DNA of 64,000 nucleotides from the NCBI GenBank assembly GCA_032718475.1, contig JAUCBJ010008332.1:48835-112834 (forward strand). The letters run 5' to 3'. The notes under the pieces are model-generated. The model did not search any database and had not been told where the DNA came from. It was given only the letters and a program-made list of their open reading frames with translations. This document shows, in pieces, positions 51,871 through 64,000 of this stretch (position 1 is its first letter; every line of letters begins with the position of its first letter). Source of the stretch: Nemertoderma westbladi. Lineage: Eukaryota > Animalia > Xenacoelomorpha. The position numbers and the translations under genes were made by a program.

Positions 51871-54297
51871 CAATGACTGCCTGTAGGCTGCTACATCATA
51901 ATCTTTTTTCAATCGTGAATCTTTTATGAAATGAAACAGGGATGGACTTCATATCAATAAATTTGTTACAGAAGACTTTTTATCACTAAATGATAATAGT
52001 AATATGAAGTAGTAATAGAGAATGGAAGCATAAATCTATTTCACTGGCTGGGAAACAAAACAAAAATTACTTTATAAGATAAATATAATTTGTGAGATAG
52101 ATATTTAATCTGTCTATATAATTTATGAAGTAAATAATACATATTTATTTAGTATAAAATATATTATATTATTATTATTTGTTATACAATAATAGTTACA
52201 AATTTACAGTTCAGTTGTTCAAAATATTATTGCAATAAATACAAATGGGTTTATTTCGTGTTCGAATAAATATTAATATTCCCTTCCTAATACTTAAAAA
52301 ATCGATAACCATATTGTATTGGCCGCATTGGGTGGGCGACACAGTATTCAACGTTTGTGGATCATATTTTTATGTAAACCATATACTGTCAGTAGATGTC
52401 CAAGTAGAGAAGATATAGGTCCCTCCCTACCTAGCTAAAGAAGCTATTTAAAGAACATCTGTGACAACTAACAGAATAAACGCGAAGTGATAGACGTGTA
52501 GTTTAATTTGTATACTAAGAGTGCCAGGAAGAAGGGTTTTATAAGAACAACCTGATAAAATTTCTTTCAATTATTCCACATTTTGTCTGTTCTATATCTA
52601 AAAGGGATTGACCGGGATCGATTTGGCCGTGGCTGGGGAATATTTCTCGAATTGATGGTACATAAAAGCTTAGTTTCATAAGACCTTAATTCAACACCTT
52701 TTTTGATGCTTTTTTAAACAGCTAAATAGGTTCCCAATGTTAACTGATAATAAATCTTACACAACACCACTAACCATGGAGGGAGCCGTCCAGAGAAAAC
52801 TAACATGTCAAAGAAAACAAAAGAGTGATTTATATTAACTATTTCGGTTATTTAATAATTACTATAATTATAAACAATGTCAACAATAATTAAAATTAAC
52901 ATGGCAATACGATGTGAGTGAATGGGGAATGTAGTTTGTCACACAAATAAATACAGAATACACGATCTAACTGATTTATAATTAATTGTTATATTAATGT
53001 AGAAATACGGGGATAATTTGATAGTTTCAACTATCAATATTCAGATTGCACTGCGTTAGTTGGAAGGCAGACGAGTGTTTGTGGACGCGAATAGGGATTA
53101 CAAGACCCAAAGCAAATGTATTGTAGAGAGTCAGTGGTTAGTTCGTCCTCCAATAAACCGGGTAAGATACCCAGCCACACTCTGCGGCCTCAATAAATAT
53201 GGGAATCCGTAATATAGGAAGTGGTCCATTCTGATAAATTTTAAATTGTTTTTTTTTTTCAATTCAAAATTCAAAGTAGATTATAGAAATCTTACGTTTA
53301 ACACCGTAGCAGCTCCAGAAACCTTCTCATAGTCGACCTGCCAAAAAATTAAAAAAGCCAACAATTTCACGAAAATTCCAAGTACGGCGGCTCCCCAGGT
53401 CGTTAAATTCAAATTTTGTGTCAGATTTTCGTTTTCCGTCATCAATGCCTGTCCGTTTGGATGCCTAATTTTTTTTACAGACATACAGACAGAAAGGCAG
53501 ACAGTCTAGATTTCGTTGAAGGTTAAAATTCAAAATTTAAAAATTGGGAAAAAATATTTTAAAAACATTGGAAATGGAATCACCAAACAAGGAAACCTTT
53601 AACCTTGCCATAACTTTGATGATCTGCTGGGCTTTTCTCATTTTTTTTACAAGTAGGCAGGACTGAGAGACAACATTAACAATGTGAGAATGTATATATA
53701 TGTGTATTCACTGTATATGTGTATATATGTGAATTTGACAAACGACATTGTTTGAAAAATCACTGCAGTTACAGAAAATGGCGGGAAGTTTGAATAACAT
53801 AAAGCTCGAAATTGACCACATTTTTTGCCATGACATGACTTCTGGACTTCGTCTTAGAAAATTGACAATAATTAAAAAAAAACAAGATAACAAACTGTCT
53901 TCAATTAATTGATCCATTAACTTCTATATATAGAACTAGCAATAAGAGAAAGACAAACAACTGTGGACAATAATTAATTGACCATTTCCTATATGACGGG
54001 ACACAGGGGAAGAATAACAGGTCTCATAACCCTCTATGCAATACAAATATTGGAAATAAACAATGAAATTTACATTTTAAACAAGAAATTAAACAATAAT
54101 AAAGTGCAAAAAATGCGAACAATGTTAATGACACTATTACGGGGCCCCAAAGGGAACAAATAAATAGAAATAAATATCGCCAACTTTGTGTTTTCAGTAA
54201 CAAGAAGTTCTCACTGCGTTTATTTTGATTTACATGTCCCTTTCGGGGTCTCCGTAGACTAAACATGGAACTGTAACCGAAATAAATTAGTTATTAT

Positions 54298-54760
54298 TTA
54301 ATCGTCCTTTTTAACAGAACGTTGGCGGACATTTGACCCGGAGGCATCAGTAACCGCTGCACCGGCGGTGTCAGCCGCCGTTTCACCGGAATCCACCCCA
54401 CCACCATCACATATAGATTGCACCGGTGTCGCCACAGCTTCACCGTTACTCTGGTGCATCTCACCGGTGGTGCCGAACTCGTTAACGCGTTTGTAGTCCA
54501 CGGGGTAGATCCACTTCTGGTAGACGTAGATTAGGAACACAACGTCGTCCCGCAGACACCCTAACCGGTACAACATCGGCATCTTAATGACGAAAGCAAA
54601 GAGATCGTCAATAAACGTGTTGAGCGCCTTGTAGGTCAACATCCTCCAAGGAAGATGAGCCACAGACTTCAACTTATAGTTAATAAAGAGTTGGGGAGTC
54701 ATCATGATAAATCCGAAGGTGAGAAGGAAACCGTAGAACATAGAGAGAACGAAACTATAC
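54298..54760 (-). CDS. CLPTM1: CLPTM1 coding exon 2 (terminal)
   Basis: TTTGTTACAG|G restores EHKGW-YSFVLSMFYGFLLTFGFIMMTPQLFINYKLKSVAHLPW...RVNEFG. Total CDS 1911 nt, 636 aa. Confidence 0.96.
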
Positions 54761-55008
54761 CTGTAACAAACACATTAATGTAACCTTTATTTAGTCGGGT
54801 TGAAGCGCGTATTGTATAGCACAATAGTAGACGTGGGGCCTTCCCAAAAACGTTTCCAGATGAGCCCTTGCGTAGGTCGACAGATGAACTATAGATATTA
54901 GTGTTGAAACATTTTCGACAACGACGAGGGACGGGTCCACTAAATATACCCGCCACGCTATGACCCACCTACACTTACGTGGCTCGCCCCACAGCACTTA
55001 CAATGATA

Positions 55009-55098
55009 TTCACGGGCGACCCACAGAATTATTCACGGGCGACCCACAGAATTATTCACGGGCGACCCACAGAATTATTCACGGGCGACCCACAGAAT
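55009..55098. repeat. 23-bp tandem repeat (4 copies), intronic
   Basis: TTCACGGGCGACCCACAGAATTA repeated. Confidence 0.9.
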
Positions 55099-55485
55099 TT
55101 GGATCGGTATAAAAATGTCGGATTCAACTAACCACCCCCCCCCCCCCCCCCCTTACAGTGCAGTGTAACAAGCTCAAATATCAACGATTTAATTTTAAGG
55201 TTACATATCTACTTCTGTCTTTTTTTATAATATCTTATCTGGGTAAATCTGGTAGATTGAATGACCCGGCGATGGATGGGAAGATTAATAGGAAGGATTA
55301 ACTAATAAAGTATAAAGGGGGGGGGGGGGGGGGGGGGTCTCACATCTTTTCGTACGGAATTTCAATTTATATTACTTTTCAACTTCCTTTTCTTCTTTAC
55401 TTTTTTTGCTTCTATTCTTCTTATTGTAAATTCATTATTATTGAGTCAATAGATGATTGAAAGTTTACTTCTGTTATAAAATATA

Positions 55486-56170
55486 TATTAACTTACCAAC
55501 CGGTTTCCGTTATAGAATATTAACTTACCTTCCGGTTTCGGTTATAGAATATTAACTTACCAACCGGTTTCCGTTATGGAATATTAACTTACCAACCAGT
55601 TTCGGTTATAGAATATTAACTTACCAACCGGTTTCCGTTATAGAATATTAACTTACCAACCAGTCTCGGTTATAGAATATTAACTTACCAACCGGTTTCC
55701 GTTATAGAATATTAACTTACCAACCAGTTTCGGTTATAGAATATTAACTTACCAACCAGTTTCGGTTATAGAATATTAACTTACCAACCGGTTTCCGTTA
55801 TAGAATATTAACTTAGCTTCCGGTTTCGGTTATAGAATATTAACTTACCAACCGGTTTCGGTTATAGAATATTAACTTACCTTCCGGTTTCGGTTATAGA
55901 ATATTAACTTACCAACCGGTTTCGGTTATAGAATATTAACTTACCAACCGGTTTCCGTTATAGAATATTAACTTACCAACCAGTTTCGGTTATAGAATAT
56001 TAACTTACCAACCGGTTTCCGTTATAGAATATTAACTTACCAACCGGTTTCGGTTATAGAATATTAACTTACCAACCGGTTTCCGTTATATAATATTAAC
56101 TTACCAACCGGTTTCCGTTATATAATATTAACTTACCAACCGGTTTCCGTTATAGAATATTAACTTACCA
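55486..56170 (-). repeat. 32-bp tandem array (~21 units) containing the CLPTM1 5' splice site
   Basis: Minus-strand unit TG|GTAAGTTAATATTCTATAAC(G/C)GAAAC(C/T)GGT, starting exactly at the exon-intron junction. Confidence 0.95.
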
Positions 56171-57616
56171 TCCTTTGTGTTCGTTATATATGAGAGAATA
56201 TACGGCGTAGCCGCCGAGGAGAGGAAATAGAAACCAGGAGAGATACTTGAAGGCGAGCATGTCGTAGTGTTTGGTGGCGCTCTGAGTGTAACTGTCCTTA
56301 TCCTTAAAGGAGACCCGGGGGAGGAGACCGAATAGGAGGTTGGAACGATCTACGGTCACGTTAACCACCTTGGTGATCTTCCACAACTCAATGAGGAGTC
56401 CGATCCCGATACTGACGACAATGACGAAGTTAGTGTCGTTGTCCAGGACGTAGAGGAGGACGATGAGAGATTGAAAGACGTTGAAGAAAACAGAGCGAAC
56501 TGACAAACCTTCTAGGGATTTACGTTGTCGCCAAAACTGAATGTCGTTTTTAAAAGCGAGAAATTCGAAGACGGAATGGACGATGGAGACGACGATGGTG
56601 AGACCGAGAAGATACGGGTTGGTCTCCACGAGGGTTCGCTTGAGAGAGTCCTGTTCCTCATCATCTGCCTCCTCGTTCCCGTCGACCGCGAGGAAGTTCC
56701 ACTTGTTCCGCAGCCCCTGAGCCGCGTAGAGCTGCCAACGGAACAGCGAGATAGGGGAGAAAGTTAGACGGAGAGTGAGGGAGTCGTTGAGGGAACCGAT
56801 CGGTTGGTAGTCGGAGCGGAGGTTCCAGTAGGAGTTGAAGTAGAGAACGGGGTAGTAGTTCCCGGTCCCGGGGTCGAACTCGATGAATTCGTCGAGCGGC
56901 GCGGGAATCTGTCCCTGTCGCCAAGGCGAGTGGTCGTCAAGGAGGTTCAACGTCAGGTTGGGATGCCAGTGCGAGAGAATGTCAACGCGGGATGCCTCGT
57001 TATCCGCCAGTTCCTTAGATTCACCCTCGCCCGTCAACAAGTTGCGCGTTTTAACATATCGTTTTTTCTTGTAAATATTGAGTTGCTGAGTTTTAGCGAT
57101 TGTCATTCTGCGGATGTGGCCTTTACCTCTCGGATTTGCGGGTTTACCTTCCGGTGTTAGGTAGACGTGGAGATACACGGAACCGTTGTTCCGCATGTGT
57201 TCCGTGGTGGGAAACTCGTGTTCCAACGAGAAGGTAGAATCACCCTCAGGGCCTTCCGTCCACGAACCGTAGGTTAGACCTTCCAATGCCCATATATGGG
57301 CATTCGGATTGTCGAAGTCCATAAAACGGTCCCCTTCTGATAAATAGAAGTGGATATCGTAGACGGTGTCCTTCTGGTACACGTTCAGACCCGCACCCGC
57401 TGCCATGGGAACCGACGGTGTATTGCTACCCCCGTCCGAGGGTGATTTATTCCAGCCCTTAAAGAAACTAATTATGAAGTAAATAAATATCATTCGGAAA
57501 GCCATTCCCTTCACCATGGACCAGGTAGACTGCTGTTGCTCAGGTGCCGCGTTGGTGTTCCCATTGGCGTCGCCATTAGCAACGGCAACGTTCGCTGGAG
57601 CTCCAGATTCAGCCAT
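56169..57616 (-). CDS. CLPTM1: Cleft lip and palate transmembrane protein 1 homolog, coding exon 1 (1448 nt)
   Basis: SHWHPNLTLN, YYPVLYFNSYWNL, LFRWQLYAAQ, ETNPYLL...HSVFEFLAFKNDIQFW..KSLEGLSVRSVFFNVFQS. Donor TG|GTAAGT at 56169/56168. An acceptor AG lies 1 nt before the ATG, implying an upstream non-coding exon. Confidence 0.96.
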
Positions 57617-58315
57617 TCTGTTTAATTAAAATATATTTCCTTGGATGATATATCAGTATATAGGCATATATAATATAACTGTATAGTATAAATGTTATTT
57701 CTGTATTGTATTATTAATTATTATTAATTCCAGAATTCAGTAATAATTCAGTAATTAGATGTATTAGCAGCAGGGTGCAGACTGCAGGCCTACAAAACTA
57801 ATATATCATATTATACTATCATAGCTCCGTTTCCGTCTAATACTGTCAAACTGTAATAGAAGAATAGCAGAATAGTAATAGAATAGTGTAGCCTAATACC
57901 TGTAATAAATAATAATAAATCGTGTTATCTGTATAACCGGTTGGCCTACATGTTCTGTGTTCAGAAGACTCCAAGCAGCTATTAAATTAACTGTATAAAA
58001 TATTGCCTATTAACTACTTATTTGCGTTGTTGAGAGCTTTAACCATTAAAACTCTTTTTTAAATATTTTAAGATTTTAATTTAATTCGCCTTAACTTAAA
58101 TAAATAAATATTTTTAATAATAATAAAAATACTACGGTACTTTAAAATGGAATTTGTTCTGTTATATTAGGTGTATTATGTATTTTTGTGTACTATGTAT
58201 TTTCTTTTTTTTATTATATGATGAATATGATTGATACTAGGTGAATACTGAATAATACTACGGTATATTGATTAGAGAGATTAATACTAGGGTATTTTGA
58301 TACGGTATTTTGATT

Positions 58316-59070
58316 AGAGGTGAACACTAGACAATACTACGGTATTTTGATTAGTGGTGAATATAATTAATGCTACAGTATTTTGAATAGAGGTGAACAC
58401 TAGACAATACTACGGTATTTTGATTAGTGGTGAATATAATTAATGCTACAGTATTTTGAATAGAGGTGAACACTAGACAATACTACGGTATTTTGATTAG
58501 TGGTGAATATAATTAATGCTACAGTATTTTGAATAGAGGTGAACACTAGACAATACTACGGTATTTTGATTAGTGGTGAATATAATTAATGCTACAGTAT
58601 TTTGAATAGAGGTGAACACTAGACAATACTACGGTATTTTGATTAGTGGTGAATATAATTAATGCTACAGTATTTTGAATAGAGGTGAACACTAGACAAT
58701 ACTACGGTATTTTGATTAGTGGTGAATATAATTAATGCTACAGTATTTTGAATAGAGGTGAACATTAAATAATACTACGGTATTTTGATTAGTGGTGAAT
58801 ATAATTAATGCTACAGTATTTTGAATAGAGGTGAACACTAGACAATACTACGGTATTTTGATTAGTGGTGAATATAATTAATGCTACAGTATTTTGAATA
58901 GAGGTGAACACTAGACAATACTACGGTATTTTGATTAGTGGTGAATATAATTAATGCTACAGTATTTTGAATAGAGGTGAACACTAGACAATACTACGGT
59001 ATTTTGATTAGTGGTGAATATAATTAATGCTACAGCATTTTGAATAGAGGTGAACATTAAATAATACTAC
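58316..59070. repeat. 73-bp tandem repeat (~10 copies; dimer of 37+36-bp subunits)
   Basis: TAGAGGTGAACACTAGACAATACTACGGTATTTTGAT-TAGTGGTGAATATAATTAATGCTACAGTATTTTGAA, with degenerate monomers at both edges. Confidence 0.95.
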
Positions 59071-59414
59071 GTACCGTATGGGTATGTATATGTAATACTA
59101 CGTGTTTTTATATCGTGGTTGTCTAACATCATATAATTATGTATTTTGATTAGACAGAGGTGAATATGATTACCACATAATACTACAGTATTTTGCTTAG
59201 AGGTGAACATGATTAATACTGTACTACAGTATATTGAATAGTGATCAATACTACGGCGATTAATACCAAATACCAGGATATTTCAACCGTATGTTATTAT
59301 TTCGTCCAATTAATTTGCATATTACTGTATTATGACACTGTATATATTTTCATGTTTTATTTTATCCATATGTAATTTTAAACGATTTTAAATTTAAGCT
59401 GCATAAATCATTTT

Positions 59415-59588
59415 AAGAGGGGACCTGCATGGAAACGAGTTCTATGAACTCATGCAGTTATCCCCGTCAGAACATTTTATTAGATAATCTTTAACATATA
59501 AATGTATATTATGTATATGTTCTTATGTATATGTATTTCTGTGTATTTCATGCGTTTCTGACAATAAACAACTTCAACTTCAACTTCA
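59415..59588 (+). mobile_element. Probable 3' end of a CR1/L2-type LINE
   Basis: Stem-loop CTGCATG..GAGTTC..GAACTCATGCAG, then AATAAA followed by a (CAACTT)3 tail. Confidence 0.45.
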
Positions 59589-60884
59589 GCATTTAACAGT
59601 ATTACCTATACCTAGTACTTTATTATTATTATAAAAGTGGCCCCTGCCCCTGGCTTCCCATCCCAATGGCCTGACCATCGCGTGACCCAATGGCATGCCC
59701 TGAACTGTTGAGCATGCAGCATAGCAGCAGCACCACAACACCAGCCTTCATACAGTCATACGGGTGCTTAGATCGTGGCTTTTCCATTTTCCATTATTCC
59801 TTTTAGTATAAAACAATTGATGTGGTTGGAGAAACCTGCTAGGGGTTGCTACTAAGCAGCAACCAATCACGTTAATCCTGTTTAACACAGAGTCAACAGG
59901 TCAATGAGAATGGAATATATTATTATATAGTTATATTATTATATTATATATAGTACAATACCCAGATACCAGACATAAATAAATGAAGAAAAATAAAAAA
60001 TACCGTAGTATAGGCCTAAGTGGATTAGTTTACTGGTTTAATCACAATGATGTACTGCAAAATGAAATATTTATAGTTAAGTCTGGTTCTGGTATAGTAA
60101 TAAACATACTGTACTTATACAATATCTTTATTATTCTCATTGAAGTACTTGCTACGTAGCAATATTCAATGTGGGCAAAATGCAGGTCCCACATATAAGT
60201 TCATCACCACGAATCTCGTGTTGCGTTTTATTCACACAACTTTTATGATACTAACCACTTTGTGCAAACAGGGTGTATGTAAATGCTACTCCGTAACGCC
60301 GACAACCAACGCCGACAACCATTATTAAAGCTAATTAATGTTATTTATTAATTGGGGGAAAGGAACAGGTTACAGTGGAAGGTTAGTCTAACCAAAACAA
60401 TAAACGAGAGCACTCTGCCCCATTATTGTCTGCACCAGTGCGTGCACCACTCTGCCACTGTCTGCCTGCACCAGGTGTCTGCACCACTGTCTGCATCACT
60501 GTCTGCTCTGCACCAGTGTCTGCCTGCACCACTGTCTGCTCTGCACCAGTGTCTGCTTAACGTTTACACTCCAAAATTAATTAGTACGGTACAACGATGG
60601 ACAGATTGATTAGTCTTACTGTCTTCTGGTCTTAGCTCAATCAGTCAATGTAATTAATACTTGGAATATTTAGCAAAGTTTGCTCCGGGCTTCTGCAGTA
60701 TCAATTGCAGAAGCCGAACCGAACCGAAATTGCCAAACTTCGGCCCGAACCGAACCGAAGCCGAAGCTTCTGTTGAGCCCTAGTAGGGGCTTATTCCAGT
60801 ATTCCATATTCTATGGTTTGGGGTAATTCGTAGGACCGTTTTTAAAACACTGCACAAACAGACAGACAGAAAACAGTGCTGCAC

Positions 60885-60960
60885 TGTCAAGGCAGCAAGG
60901 GATCGAACCGGGGCCTCCTAATTGGAAGCCCAGGAATTTCGCCACTGGACCATGCTCATG
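60885..60960 (-). pseudogene. tRNA-like sequence (Gly-TCC-like pseudogene or SINE head)
   Basis: A box TGGTCCAGTGG, arm CCTGG-GCTTCCAA-TTAGG, B box GGTTCGATCCC; no proper acceptor stem. Confidence 0.5.
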
Positions 60961-60984
60961 CAGCTGCTTGAAAATAACAACTAC

Positions 60985-61063
60985 AGAACTAGTTGCGGTA
61001 AATTGCGGTTAGTTGCGGTAAATTGCGGTAAATTGCGGTAAATTGCGGTTTTTAGTAGGACCG
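60985..61063. repeat. Solo right end of a third GGTCCTAC foldback subfamily
   Basis: (TTGCGGTAAA)n followed by TTTTTAGTAGGACCG; another solo end GGTAATTCGTAGGACCG at ~60822-60838. Confidence 0.7.
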
Positions 61064-62708
61064 ACAAAACCTGATACTGTATTAATAGTATTATGTACCG
61101 GTATTGGCTTTGGCTATTATTACTGTATTAGGCCTACTGTTGCTTCAATTCTTAATAATTTGATTTGCTGTACCTTCTGCAGCTGTCTGTCTGTTCTGCC
61201 TGACTGCTTTCGGTATAACTTGTATAATGAAACAGACAGACAGACAAGGCTGCAAGGGGAGGGTGATAATAAAGAATACCGGTACAGATCCTGAGATACT
61301 GAGATATGGAATAATGGTAACCTGAACTTTTTCATGTTAGCAATATTCCATTCTCATTGACTCTGTGTTAAACAGGATTAACGAGAGTGGTTGCTGCTTA
61401 GTGTTAGTAGCAGCTTTCTCCAACTACATTACAGCATTACAGCATTACCCTGTTACCGGTACTTGTTTTATACAAAATGGAATAATGTTAACTGGAAAAG
61501 CCACGATCTAAGCACTAGTCAGCCTTCATCAGTTCATGCAGTGCACAAAATGCTGATGCCAATTGTCAAGATTGAAGATATAGGCCTACCCAGCTACCAG
61601 TCTACAACTTCTAATAATTTATCAATACTTCGATAGCTGGATAGTACCGCTACCGGTAATGTAGGCCTATTGTTTTATCTTTCAGTCTTTTATATGCATA
61701 CAGTTTTAGGGCTTTTTGCATTGCATCTGGACCTGCGACCACTGCCTGTAGCTTGGCTAGTTTGGCTGCCTAACCCAGTTTTGCTGGATCGAACCAACCT
61801 GCCAACTACTGCTGCATCTGGCAATGTTTATTGCCAAATCTGGCAACTTTTGGTTTTTCTAATTTTCGCACGCCCAGAAGCAAAATCGAATTTTGGTAAA
61901 TAGGTAAGTGAAAAGAGCGCGAAATTTAAATATAATTGACCGTATAAAGAAAAAAAATCATCATCTGAATTTCTCTTAGCAATAGGCCGAAATGTGCCTA
62001 AAATAATTATTGCCATTTTTGGCAACCATTAGAATTAAAGAAAAATAATGGTTGCCATTTTTGGCAACAATTATTATTGTGCAGCCCTGTCAGTTACTCT
62101 GTCATTGTAAATTACTTCAAAATGGCTTACTGCTGCCAATACAGCAATATATTGTAATAAATCGTACATAAGATGAGAATGAGAATCAATAACACAAACA
62201 CAGCAATATCTGAATATATCGTAATAAATCGTAAATAAGATGAGAATGAGAATCAATAACACAAACACACACTGACCAGCTGACTGGTGATAGTTTATTT
62301 TTGCTAGTAATCTCTGGCGCTGCTTGGGGAGGTGGTTGATTGTTGTTTGTACCAATAATAGTTAAAGATTGTATAAATGTAACTGCAGAACTGTGTAATG
62401 CTGATACAATTGCCCTGCAATCAAAATCATCCTTCACTCACAGTTCAGTATAATCTATCTTTCCATTCTGCCATTCCTACATAAAGACATATAATGAAAA
62501 TAATTTCATCCCGTTTTTCATTAGGGCCTACTAGAATCAATCTATTTATATTAGAATATAAATACGTCATATGCTCGTATGCTGGCCTTCAAGCTCATAC
62601 TCTAAATCCTGTGTACACTTCCCTATGCCGGACATGTCATCAATACTCGCCTATACTTACAGCAAACACGCCCTGTTATCGAGACTAGAGGGAGGGTCAC
62701 TAACTGAC

Positions 62709-63494
62709 TAGGGCTCGATCGGAGCTCCGGCCTCCGGCTCCGGCCATTTTGGCACCTCCTGCTCCGGCTCCGGTAAAAATATTGCCGGAGTTAATTTTTT
62801 AATAAAGTATTATATTTCGTGCATATTCTAATCTGAACAATTATTTACACTATAAGTACTGAAGTAAGTAGGTACTGTAGTACAGCTTCAATATCAAGCA
62901 TAATACGGTACTGCAGTACTGCAGTAGGCCTATTTACTTAAAGTCAATGACTGACTGACTGTACTGCAGTACTGGTACTGGCCAGCTGGCTGACTAGCAG
63001 ACTATTACAGATAGGCCCTACTGTAAAAAATTGTAAATTCTATGATATGTACACTGTCAGACTGTAGCTGTACCACTGCAGCCATTTACTGCTGTCATGC
63101 CATGCCAGCTGCCAGCATACTGTACTGCAGTACTGGTACACGTACGGTAGGCTACCTACAGTACACATCTCTACCATGGTTAGTGAGTTAGGTAGGCTAG
63201 GCCTACTGTAGGTAATTTTTAGCCGTCACGTCAGGCCGTCTGTCCCTGATAAATCAATTACTTAAATTTTAAATTGAAAATTCGTAAATCTATAAATTAT
63301 GAAATTAATTAGACCTACAGTATGATTGATTTTGAGCGATTGGCGAACGATAACCATACTTTATTTTTTTTAAATAAATAATTAAATTTATAAAATTTTT
63401 GAAAAACTCCGGCTCCTGCTCCGGCTCCGGCCAAATTGTCTAACTCCGGCTCCTGCTCCGGCTCCGGCCAAATCCCAACTCCGATCGAGCCCTA
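62709..63494. mobile_element. hAT-type MITE
   Basis: TAGGGCTCGATCGGAG ... CTCCGATCGAGCCCTA with CTCCGG subterminal repeats; TAACTGAC on the left and, after 2 extra nt, on the right. Confidence 0.82.
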
Positions 63495-64000
63495 TATAAC
63501 TGACTAACTGTCACAGAACGGGCAAAAAGGGACTTCATAGAAAGCTGCTACAGCTCTCCTCAATCCTCCTTCACTGCGAGACACGACCGAATCTTACGGT
63601 ATTTCAACATAATTTAACCCATTGCCGACTTATAGCCGTATTGTACTATACAGTATATATTTTCTTTCAATCCGCGCCGATAGTAACCAACTCATAACTA
63701 AATTGTCAAAGCTCTGTCTCGTCTATCACGTGTTTGACTGTGCATTGGAGGTGGGGTGTCGTGTAATCTTACCTGTCGGTAGAGTCGGTGCATTAATTAC
63801 GTGTTTTGTTTATATTCAACAGCTATTCCACGTTTTACTGATCGTCCCGATACGATATATTTTAAATTAATTGTGTTATCTCTTATTTTATTATATGGCA
63901 TCTGCGCCCTTTTTATTTACGTGTGCGTCAACACTGTCATTTACTGTTTTAAATGATTAAACAGAAATTGAATTGAATTGGTTGAATCTCTTAACCCTAT

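Noticed and set aside
51460-51929. ORFs with PTDR / SVGR repeats
   Set aside because: Artefacts of the (GGTC)n microsatellite.
55486-59070. Regular repeat arrays as possible CRISPR
   Set aside because: Head-to-tail tandem units without unique spacers, no cas genes, eukaryotic context.

Overview
AT-rich animal genomic DNA with spliceosomal introns; it looks like a marine invertebrate, but the taxon is an inference. The left ~44 kb is almost entirely nested, decayed transposable elements. It holds two G2E3-like HECT ubiquitin-ligase pseudogenes (one interrupted by a Merlin transposon) and a P/THAP9-type element inserted in another P-type element. It also holds two members of a Mutator-like family whose ORF carries a PHD finger and a vertnin-like OTU protease domain; one of these sits inside a 15-kb element with long TIRs and an exact 8-bp TSD. 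An internally deleted BEL/Pao LTR retrotransposon, foldback-like elements with (C/G)GGTCCTAC ends, several MITEs and tRNA-derived SINEs fill out the region. The right part holds two apparently intact minus-strand host genes: a 5-exon SLC32/VIAAT-like amino-acid transporter (~459 aa) and CLPTM1 (2 coding exons, ~636 aa). Each gene has a tandem duplication of a 5' splice site; in CLPTM1 this is a 32-bp array of about 22 donor-like copies. All calls were made by eye; no searches were run.
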